DNA from: Balanoglossus misakiensis
Lineage: Eukaryota > Animalia > Hemichordata
Direction of reading: 5' to 3'
Length of the DNA: 64,000 bases
Assembly: GCA_040954595.2 (NCBI GenBank)
Contig: CM082594.2
Coordinates: 4,945,319-5,009,318, forward strand
The number at the start of each line of letters is the position of its first letter. Within the stretch, counting starts at the first letter, position 1. Both the position numbers and the translations under genes were made by a program. Under the pieces are notes generated by a model that did no database searches, had not been told where the DNA came from, and saw only the letters and a list, made by a program, of their open reading frames with translations. Shown here piece by piece: positions 27,301 through 39,300 of the stretch.

Positions 27301-30300
27301 CCACATCCTGGAAACCTCTGATATTTCCTTAAAACATTTGGTGTAATGGTGAACTGTATATCATAGACATTCTGTCCCTTTGGCATACTATGGCAATATT
27401 TTCTGGCCACTGAAATTTTTAAAGTAGCATTGTCTTGTGGAGATCAGACAACAATTAGTTCAACAAACTTTTAATATTCCCATGACAGTTCCACACCCAA
27501 ACCCATTTTTCCACTTTCACTTCGATTCTAAAGACCTTATCATCTGATTTGCCTTGTCAGCATCAATGAACCAGGGTGACTGGGCACGGTATCCATTATT
27601 CACAGTTGAAAAAAAAAAATTGTTCCACCACAAAAGAACCTTTCAATTTCCCAACAATGGCGGAATAATACAGCATTACGCAATGTAAATCCAGGCCCAC
27701 ACAGGTGATTGTTTTGAGTGCCTGAAAATGCCAACAATAGTTTCATTTACAAGTAGCTGTAATCACCTCGCCCTGGACAAAACCCACCAGGGCTGGCATA
27801 ACATAACGGTCCCAAATTAAATTAAGGGGATTTTCAGGTTTTTGAAAACAACGGGGAGCCAAAAGTAAACAGTCGATGATACATTCAGTATTTCACAGGA
27901 ACAAACAGCATGTCTGCATGATTGATGAAATAGCCATGTAATGTATTGACTCTCACATTAAGGCAACAATGCTTTATTTATAAATTCAAACAGAAAATTC
28001 TTCATTTCGAAAGTCTACCGTATTTATTTAATGGGTATTCTATATATCGTTTCCTGTTCACATATTCGTCACTTTCCTTTAAAAGGATCCCTAGCCAGAG
28101 ATGTAGACACATTTTAGCTTTACCGGAAAAAAAGGAACGCATATATTGCAACTTGCAAGCAGTTCAAAGTTTTTCACTGAATGTGCATTTGCATTCTCAG
28201 TTTCGTTCTCAGCAACTTATTTTAGCTGGCTGCCAGCTACTTTCAACGTTACTGGTAATTACCGGTATGTTTATCAACCTATCTGTCTGTCTGTCTCGTC
28301 CCTTAAGCAGCCAGGTTCAAACCTGTTATGTTTTTTTTTCTCTCTATCATATGAATTCAGAGCAAACACCTCACACACACAAACAAACCTATCTGTCAGT
28401 CAACATGGCAATCTCTTACATAAAACTCCACTCTAAAAACTTTTTTTCCCCAGTATTGTAATTACCTGTTGAGATGTGTATTCTGTAGCCTTCTTTCAGA
28501 CGATCTGCAAGAACGCCCAGAATTTCCAGTCCGAGAAGCGACACCTGAGAAGAGAAAAGACACAATTAGAATGTCATTTATCAAAAATCATGAAGATTGC
28601 ATTGGATCTTCTTTGCAAACAAACAAAAACACATTTGTTTGGATGTAATTGTGTTATGAAGGATTGAGTTTTGTAAAGTACAGTGATGAGGTTTTCGGTG
28701 TATATGACACGCAGATGCCTTAGCTGCTGATCCATTTTAATTTTAGAAGGTACATTTCGTACATATTTTTATTTGGTTATTGAATTCTTGACGTCAGTAC
28801 TTGAAAGTGGAATGTGGCATGATAAATGACCCTGCATACATGCTACTCGATATTTAAAAAAAATATTGCAAGTATCGTCATTTTGAAATATGAAATTGTA
28901 ATCAGAGCCTTTCAAATTAGATTTCTCTGATGTTGCTGTCATTTTATGACATTTCTGATACTTGTGATGAGTTTGTATGACAACTGCTTCTTTGTAAGCA
29001 AACCTTTACTGTCATCTGACATATCTAGTTTATTATATAACTTGTATCTCTAATGGATGTGTTAATTTATTACAAATATATATGTACAAGAATGTACACA
29101 TATGTAAATGGTTGACATTTCTGTGGCAATGTTTATGTTAGAAACTTTCACCTCTATAATTATGTGCAAAATGTACTGACAGCCTTACTAGTATATCACA
29201 CAGAACTGAAGCTATATGACACAGCCTTGTATCGCTTCCTTCTAAGCCACATCCTGGCTTTTGGAGGTCACTCAGAGGTCAGGAAGGCTTTGTGGAAACC
29301 ATGAACTATAATTCACAGACTGACTTGATTCGTGCCAGCCATACTGAATACAGTCAGCTGTAGGATCGTTGAAGGTTTTTGCATGAAATAGCGCATACTG
29401 AAACTGAAACAAATTTATGAGTGAACAGCAACGGCAATCATGATGTAGATCTTTTTTGTTCAGACAAAGCGTTAAACATCTATCTACGCAGGGCAGCAGG
29501 ATTAGCAATTATCCAGCAAACGTGTAAAAAAAATTCAGGAAAATGTGCTTCCTTTTGTGCGACACAGTTTTAGTTTTGTGTGGCTGACAGTGACAGGTGT
29601 ACGAACAGTGTGTAGTGATCTGTCATGAATGATGGAGGTCAACATGACATGTTTCAGCCCAGACACTCCGCACAGTTGTACAGTAATCACTATCCCAGAT
29701 ACTGTATAAGCAGCACCCCGTAGTAAAATTGTACACGTCTTGAAGCAAGATCCCTATATCAAGACTGCAGGCTACATCAATGACCTTTAACCTCCATTTC
29801 CTCATAGTATATACATGTATGGTTCCAGCCTGGCCGTTGAAATGGATGGTACATGTCGTGGAGACCGATCCACATCAAATATCTAGAACGTTAACTACTA
29901 CCAAATCATCATTACCCTGATTTGAGAATCTTGCAGACTTTACATTTGTATACTTGCAATGTACAGGTAAAGACCATACTATCGTAAGCATCTTGGACAA
30001 ACAAAATATTTGCTCACTGTAATTTGATTAGCCACTGCAAGGGGCAGGCGTCTGTGCAGACTAGAATCTCATCCCACCACCAAAAAATCTCACCTGTACC
30101 CTCCGAAATTCGCGACGTACCCTTCGAAATTCACCAACAGATTTGATCCCCCTTGTAACATCAATATAAACATAAACCCTGGACAGGCAATTACAATTCT
30201 CGTGAATTCCTCCAGCGTGCCACAAAAGTCATAAATCCGCTCCAATGCCAAGCAAACAATACCGGGATTTAAATTACATAATTCAGATAAACTTTTTATT

Positions 30301-33300
30301 ATCAGTAAAGACCATCTCCACACAAAACAGGACAGCGATTTTACGATATTGGTGAACTCTATCTTTCGCGGAGCTCAGATAATTTCCGATGATGTTGCTC
30401 CATCATGTAAACAATAACATGATTTGATTGGTGCAGATGCCTTGAATCTGTTTTGTCTTAGTTGCATTGTCTTATGTTGTTGTTTATTCAGACAATGGCC
30501 TGTAAAACTTCACTGGGTACACCCACTGTATTTGAATGTCAGAACAATGTCACAAGCCCCGGAAATCACTAGTTTCAAGAGACTGAACAGTTTGTAAACA
30601 TAACAAAATCTGTCCACGTAACATGCACTGACTTGACACATACAAATATGTCAGAAGTTCTAGACAGGACTGTTTGTTAGATGATGCAGAGCAGTGAACT
30701 ATATCACTCTGTCATAAAAATATCTTGTGACAATAAACATACATTTGTATTAGCAACAACTGCGACTACATATGTACATCATAGCAATCAATGGCTTCAT
30801 CGATGTTCCAGAGCCCTTTGTTGGAGGTTGCTGCCCGGAGAATAGACAATACGAGTGGGTGCCACAGACCAGCCATTCTTTTTACAGTTATTTTTATAAA
30901 CAAGTGCCCACGTTTTATCTGCCAGGATAATACTGTATAGTCTGGCTACCTTTGTGACCTTACAAATATGCACACACCCTCATGCCCATTGACACAACAT
31001 TTCGGGTGGTGCATTTGGGACTGTGAGGTAAATTCTAACAGCGTATTCTCATTAGCAGACCAGCCCATTATCTCTATGATGGTACCTTTAATAGCTGAGA
31101 GTATAGGGGTACATGTCTAGGTACAATGCCCAGCAAAACTGAGGGCCACGCCATTTTCAAATGATCCATTTTTTTCCATGGATCATTGAGCATGCAATCC
31201 CCTTATTGTGATGTAAATACGTCATTATTTGGACCATTGTTGGGGGTATTTTACCCCAATTTACAACTTCAATGAACCTGAAGCTTAAGGTAATGCGAGG
31301 TCATGAACTCTGCAGGTAAATTTATTTTCAAACGCGGCTGTGGTGAGGTTTGGGCTTTTCATCGGTCTCAACCACCAAGCCCCATGAATACAAATCCATC
31401 ATGTCAATACCCTTCTTACTTCAACCCAATCAACACATAATGTTCACCCCCAAAGTTCAAACCGCAGACAATGCCTCTACTCTGTTTCTCCCGTAATGAA
31501 TGTGGCAACATATTTCAAACCTGACGCAATGAATGCCAATCAGGAACTCAAGCATTTACCACCGACAAAGCGTCACACATTTCGACTGTATCTTTTTTCA
31601 TCAACCCAACATTCCTGCAAGCTGTTCAACACCAAGCTGTTTCCCACTATAAGCAGATGCTTGTACGCGAGCATCTATCAAATGAAACCTCTATGACAAA
31701 ACGTCTCTTCACATCAATTACATGTATGTGAGAAAGACACACACTCTAGACATAATTCCTTAAAGGGACAAAGTCTCTCTCTCGCTGCCCTTTTTCCATT
31801 AATTGTTTGATACAAAACACAGTTTATGTTAATGTATATGTGGATATATAGTGAATCAACGTTCGACCACACACCTTCCATCCCGCTTTTTCACACGAGA
31901 GTGAAAATCTTGCCAAAATGAATAATCAGTCTCTACCATTTATTCATTTTGGGCAAGTTTTTACTCTCATGAAACTGTTCAGAAACGTAATCCAGACTAA
32001 CTACGACATATTCAGCAACTTGTCTACTTGGAAGAGGATTTTCCGGAGTTATCACGGTTCACAGTGCACTACTCAATTGGCAGGATTTGGAAGAGTTGAT
32101 CCTATCAGGCCGTGAATCCCACAAACAGCCAAACCCCACCTGTCAATTCAACTTATCTTTCAGCCGAACGTTTACGCGACCGAGCAACTGCTTGGAAAAC
32201 ATGCTTTTTCCGGACAGCGCTATAGCTTACATGCATGCCTGATTCTGCATACAACTACATGTAATCAGATACATATACATGCAGCTCCATTTACATGTAC
32301 CCTGCCTAAATTGTAGTACTGCATTGTGGGTAATGAGCTGGAACTGGCATAAAAGCAGACTTGTGAATTTCCACACAGTTAACACTAACTGCCACAAAAA
32401 ATTCAGGATTTCTACATAATGAAAGAAAATTAACTATTCCACATCAGTTTCCTCACTAATTGAGCATTCACGTGGGGCGTTTCTTGCCCGAGTTCACCAG
32501 ACATGCCATTAGTGAAATATACCAGCAGAATCAACTCGAATACAAAATGTCAGGGACGTTCGCTGACATTAACTGGTGCACGCATGATCTGTCAAATAGA
32601 ATGCAAATTCCAGGGATCTAATGTTATATTTCGTGGGGATGGTTAAATATGGTAACATCCCTTTTCAAAAGTTATTTTATTATTATTGTTGCCAGCAGCG
32701 CATGACATCACAGATGTTGCAGTGAATAGGTAAAGATTGTCAATGGTACACATGCAGCTGTTATGAGCCACATCACAGAAAACTAGATTCTCTGCATGTA
32801 CTAGTACAGTAAAACTTGTCTAAACTGAACACCATTGAAGGAAATGAAGACATTTTTTGGTTTGCAGAGGTGTTTGGTATAGACATGTTTCCAGATTAGA
32901 CAGGGTTCAGTTTAGACAGGTTTCACTGTATGTCACAAGAAATCATCTTTATTTTAGCATAATTATTCAAACATGTTGATTATGCAATAAAAATCTCTAC
33001 CATGGTATGTCCAGATTATTAATACACGTACTGTCATTCAGTGAGTTGATTTAACAAGACTTGCATAAATGTTCACTGAAAATTTAACTCTCTGCTCTCT
33101 CAGTTTAGTAATTGAGACACAGGACACAAACCATGACATCATTCTCTCCTTCAAATCTCTGACCTCGCCCTCGGACACATACTGAGTTATTGGGTGATTC
33201 AGTGGCCATCATTTTTCCACAGTCAAATCGACTGGTGTGGTTGCAATGTTGAGCTCAGCTGATACCCAATAACCTCTTCAATTACTTCTTCATTCTCCAA

Positions 33301-36300
33301 AGACTCTCGTTCCAAATGACATCACAAATAAAATGGAGACTGCACTATCAGCCCAACAACAAACCTGTTGTACCACTTCAACATTTCGTAATCTCGCATT
33401 TCAGGCGACTATCACCGGATTAGCTGTCAAGGATCTCTCAAAACAATGTAAACTTTTAAAGGCACTTTTCTCAAATTCTACTTCACGTGAATACATTCGA
33501 CGGGCAACCCAGAACGATCCTTTCAACCTTTACACTGCATGCCTTTCTTAAGTACTTCACATTCTGCTCATTTATTGACACTGTGATATTTCGTTTGAAT
33601 CATATCGCGCCAATACACTCGGAAACATGATGACCCCTGACCTAGATAATTCAGCGGGCCTCCCAGCCAGGTAATCGCTGATAATGAGATGATACCGAAT
33701 CGATATGGAGTTTGTTTTTAGTCTAAGAGGAGTTACTGCCATCAACTCTGAATCAGAGACTGAGTTACAGGACCCTGCGAAATGTAACACACAACAGCTA
33801 TGAAGGTAATAGCTGTGAGTGATTGTACATGTACAATTGTATATGTACGCTGTCTGCATGTATAAGTGTATGTGTATGTATGTGCTTGCCCAGGCATGTG
33901 TCTGTGACTACAGCAGTGCATTCTGGGAGCCCACAGGAAGCAGCTCCTCCACAACCAGTTCATCTCACAAAAGTGGAATGGCCAGTAATAAAAAGAATAC
34001 GATCTTTGTCTGAAACAGTGGGAGTATTTATCTCCATGTGTCAACACAAAAAACAATAGAGCGGCCATCACAGCCGACAAAGAGCACTTGTATCCATCCT
34101 CTATGACACAGAAGGACCAAACAAGATTTATTTGGTCAACAGTACAGTACTCACTACCTATGTCGAGGTTGTAGTCACCTACATGTACCTTTGTAGGACT
34201 AGGGACAGTACATGTAGCTACAATTAATACAAGTATTTTGCTGCCATCTTTCTCTGTTTATCAACTACAATTTGATGAACATAAATTTTACATGAATGAT
34301 TTTTTTTACCCATCTCTGAAAATACCTGACGACGACTACTACATTTGGAATGCACACTAATTTAAATCATGAAATATCCAATATACAGTGGGATTTATGC
34401 TGTCTGCACATTATTTGGTTGTCAATTTAATGATTGAAAATGTATTAAATCTCTTGTCAAGGTGTTCAGAGATGGCAAGAAGGCACAGGTCAAAGGTCAG
34501 TGAAGTCAGGTCAGGGGTCATCACAACAGAGTTATTTGTCACCTCCTCCATGACAGTTTAATTCCCTGCTCTTTGCAGGGACTACAAAATGTGCTCTGTT
34601 TAAATGGCACGGACTGGTGGTTGAAATTTTATGCTAGTCCACCCGCACTGTTGTTACTTCTTTATGTGGATTTAAGCTGAAAGGTGTGGTTTTGCGGAAT
34701 TTTTTATTGCAAAGACCAGTCCTTTCCTGTATCACAGAACGTAGAACCAGTCAAAATAAGAATGAAGAATTTTCACACTACTAAATCAATCTTACCAACA
34801 TTTATTTTCATCTTTCTTTGTAATTTTCATTAATTTCCACTTCATTTTGCTGCAACTCAACACAAACCTCTTGTTCGTCTTCAAGCAGTGTTGCATTTGA
34901 CAGCACTCTGACTGAGATTGACTTATTTCGTGAAGTCAGTTCAAACTACACCACAGCCTGACATTTTTCTAACCCGTCCACCTTTCTATTCTCAACCAAG
35001 CTTTCCTCGAATGTTTTATCCTTCAGGGTTGTCTGGCCTCTGCACTGTCAGGGGCAGGCCATAAACACTGGCCATTTTTCTCCGGGCATACAGAAACCAG
35101 AGAGCCTCTCCCACTCACAACAACAGAGTTCATTCAACGAGGCCAATAGTTCAGATCTTTTGTACAGAATGCACACAGCAAAACAGGAACAAAGATCAGA
35201 AAACTATGCTGAAGGTGGTGGTGTTTTTCTTTTGGTTCACAAGATATGTCAAAATGTATGTAGGTTTGTTTGTGTGTGCGTTGTTATTTGTTAAAAAGTG
35301 AACACATGTTGATCAACTTTGTTTTCCCAATTTGACAATTACTAAAATTGCACTGTCTATCACAACAGTGTTTCTAAACTACCACGTATATGATGCAAAG
35401 CTTCATAATGCCCAGAGGTTTTGAGAAGGGGGTGTACCATAATTACGTTTATGAGAGGGCATTGCACTATTTTTTTGTACAAACCTCAAAGGAATGACTT
35501 ACTTGTAAATGCAGTCTAGCTTGGCAGTTTCCTGAAGTTAAAACCAATTTTCAACACCGGAAGAGACATGACAATGAAAACAGTGTACATTTATACTGTG
35601 GAACAGATTGACGTGAAAAGATATGAAAGTCTGGACTGAAAGGCCATCACCATCAATAAAATATGCCTGTTTTTGTCTCGTATTTCTAAAATGGGGTGCC
35701 ATCTGTCATTTTGTAGTACGACTGTCAGACAAATCATTGGTACGTTATATCATACTTTCAATCGCTTCATTATGTAAGTATTTTTCAATAGGGGAAATGT
35801 ATGTGTGATTGATTACGTGTAGGTGCACATCTTTCAATATCTGTCATTGGTGGTCATGTGACCAGTTTAAATGGCATGCTCTTTGCTTTTAGCGGCGCAT
35901 CTGTCGTGAATACACAATTCATTCAGAACATGGGTAGAGAAGCTAACAGGTATTCTAGCATTCGATAGCATACTGACTCTCAGCTCAGCTCAACTGATTT
36001 ATGTGTACATGTACGTACATTGTACATTGTAATGTATATATTTTATGTAAGATGACAAAAGCCTTTATATATCAATGCATCTCCGGGTAATACAGCAATT
36101 ATTCACACAATTACACTTGGGTCAACGAAGACATACATATACATGTATTCTGTGTTGTATGAACTGTTAAGCACGTCTTGTACACATAAAATAATCCCAT
36201 CTAAAACAGGCAGTTTAGAGTTATATTGAATTTAATATAATCTACTGCACACACCATTTATTTGACTAGGTTTCCATTTTCCGGACACTGATCTCAAATA

Positions 36301-39300
36301 ACAAGTCCCATTTGACAACAATTTCCAACTCAGTGACTTTCAATTTCTCTAACACACACAATACTTTCCAGAGTATATCCACCCATGCAGAAGTTTAATA
36401 TTATCGAACACAAGCCACCTACATGTAACTGAATGTGTAGTTCGTGTCCACCTACAAATGTACATGTAATGTGTGGGCACTGTCGTCTACAATGAACTTA
36501 TATTTGAAATCTGAAACTTGAGTCTTATTTCCTCAAAGCCTAAATTCAATTATGAAATTTTGCTGAATAAACAGTACTTTTTGTCTCCGGGAGACAACAG
36601 AGTGCTTTATGAGTTTCGTCTGGGTGGGTGTTATCATTGTGTCTGCAATATTCAACAACCCTTGATTGAACCCAGCACCACTTAAAAACGATAATCTGTG
36701 TATAGTGGAACACTGGATTTATGAAGTCGGCATAAACTGTGTTACCAATTTCGGATTTCTGCACTTCTGTTTTTAGTATGCATTGCATGATGGATCCATT
36801 GCGCACTCAAGTGATTTATAAACTGCAGTGTCGTGAAATGAGTACAAAAATACTAAAATGAGGGTTTTGTGCCATTTACATATAAATAATGTCATTATTC
36901 TGTGAGTTTATACGACATTACAGAAAACATTACTGTTGAACTACCATCCTCGACAAACATACGTGTCCCACAAATCTATTTTTAACCATCGTAATATAAA
37001 ATTGCGAAACTACATGTATTGCAAGGATATCTGAAATAATCCAATTATTGCAGTATCAGACATTCAGCTATTCTGCACTACAATGTACGTGTATGGTGGA
37101 AAATTTGTCAATATTTTTTGATGCGCTGTTTTCCCTCACAGCCAGGGTGATTGAGCATGACAGAACAGTGAAGACATGTTGTTATTTGTCCCCTTCAGGG
37201 TGTTTACAAGGAAGCGCACATCTGAGTGATGTCACAATAGAATGACATCACTCTCGATGGAAGTCCGACAAAAACAAGGTAGCAGACAGCAGTCCACCAT
37301 GGGAGAACAGATGTCACAGGAGACAAGGCGAATCTCCAGCAAAAAAGCGGACGGCAACATCACACAATCGGTAGTACAGTGTGGTGTCCCTTTGTACGTC
37401 GTACAATTAGCAACGCCAAATGGACGTCTATAACAGCGTTCGACAAAGGAGCAATTACACAGAACCAGGGTTCTCATCCGGTGCTATGAATCTAACAAAC
37501 ACTTAACAGATACATTTGTAACACCTTCCAGTTTTACTTCCCCTTTGCAACAATGACACTCTCTGATTCTGACATTTTGTTTGCGACAAAAACGGTAATC
37601 AATAGCGGTCCTATTATCCAGGGGTTGCCGGTCAATACTCGAGCATTTAACCAATTACAATGGCTGTACATAACATCATAGATGAATGTCCGTGTTAAAA
37701 TTCTGGATCAGAGGTATGGAAAAGATTCTGCTAATTGAGCTATTTATAATTCGTTTTTTTCAAAGAAAGGTTTTATATCCCTACATAATCTTGCACCTGC
37801 ACAAGATTTACAAAACCAGTTACCTGTAATTGCATGCACAATATACAATTCTGAAAGATTTCTCTTTGAACTTGACTGTTCTTTTCAACAGAGCAGTTCT
37901 ATATTGATTTTTTCCCCACAAAATCAGTCAAGCATAAGTTTTGGAATAATTTTATACACAAATCAATAAAGAAGGTAGTCTTGCCTATGATGGAGAAATA
38001 AGTTTTATAAGATAGAGAGACATTGGTTTCTTCTGCTAAACAAACAACAGTAGTGTATCCTAAAACAAGTATTTCCTATTTTGGTTTGATCAACATACAT
38101 CTTGCCTCTCTTACAAGACAAACAGGTTAAAATCCACAAGGTTTACATGGCAACATCCTGCAGCTAAGGCTACAGTGTGGCTCTGGTAAGTCCAAAGGAA
38201 AGGCCGGGTATTATGGGATTCGTTACTGAGCAGGGCCAGGTTTTCTGGTCGCTAGGTTAACCCCGGTGACGCAAATCATATTTGTCGAAACACTGCCAAG
38301 TCATAAAACCCAAGTTCATGTAGGCACATGTCATTTCCCACCCTGTCATCAATTGTACTGGCAAGGCGAAATATGTGTAACATTCTTTTACTTTCATTTC
38401 CTGTCAGAATAATTGTTATGATAATTCTATAGTTTCTTTTGTCAACAATATTGCTTTGGCAATATTGTTGTTTGTGTTTGAATCAGATGTTTTGTTTGTG
38501 TTGCAGGGCTAGGAGCAGTGCAGTACAATAATGTCGACCAGCATTATTTTTACTGAGACCCAACCCACTGTTGTTGCCATAATGTAAACAAATTTGCCAC
38601 TGTTATGTTATATTAGTACAAAGATACATTGACCATATGACAATGTTTGACAATGGTGGTGACAATCAGGTGACTGGGCCCTTGTGAGGTCAAAGGTTAG
38701 CAGGAAAGATTATGTCATGACCTTACTTCCAACTGAAACTACTAGTATTTCAACTTCCATTCATTTGCAAAAAAAAGCACGGATATGAATTCAAAGTGTG
38801 GTATACACACCTACTGAAAACAAGAATAACTGACTCAATGCAATAGGCTCCTCAGTGAAAATTTACAGCAGATTCTAATATACTGTCTATTCATTTATTA
38901 CTGACGAAAAGGCCGGTCATCCTACTTATGGAGTTCATAGCATACATTGATAGCATAGTCAAATAGTTATGCATGTACTATCATTGGAGAGGATTTGGAA
39001 GCGATTAGATATGCTATCTCACACATCAAAATATCAAGGCTACAGATCAAATTACAGGTTCTTCTGCCAGCGTATTACGACTAACTCTTTCTGGCGCTTG
39101 GATTCTCGGTCGTCGTACGGGATACGAACACAAGTAGGCCACACAAGCAATTTAGTAACACACTTAAGCATATCCTGCCACCCATTCAATCCAGACATAG
39201 ACCCAGACAGTCTTGTCCAGATAAGTTAAATGTCCGACCGAAGCAGCCATTAAAATTCTTGCAGCAAGAGATGGTCTGTCACTGATATAAGAAATGCCAT

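Noticed and set aside
27946-28461. 171-aa plus-strand ORF and similar intronic ORFs (13083-13517, 41293-41856)
   Set aside because: Composition looks like translated AT-rich non-coding DNA; no motifs recognised.
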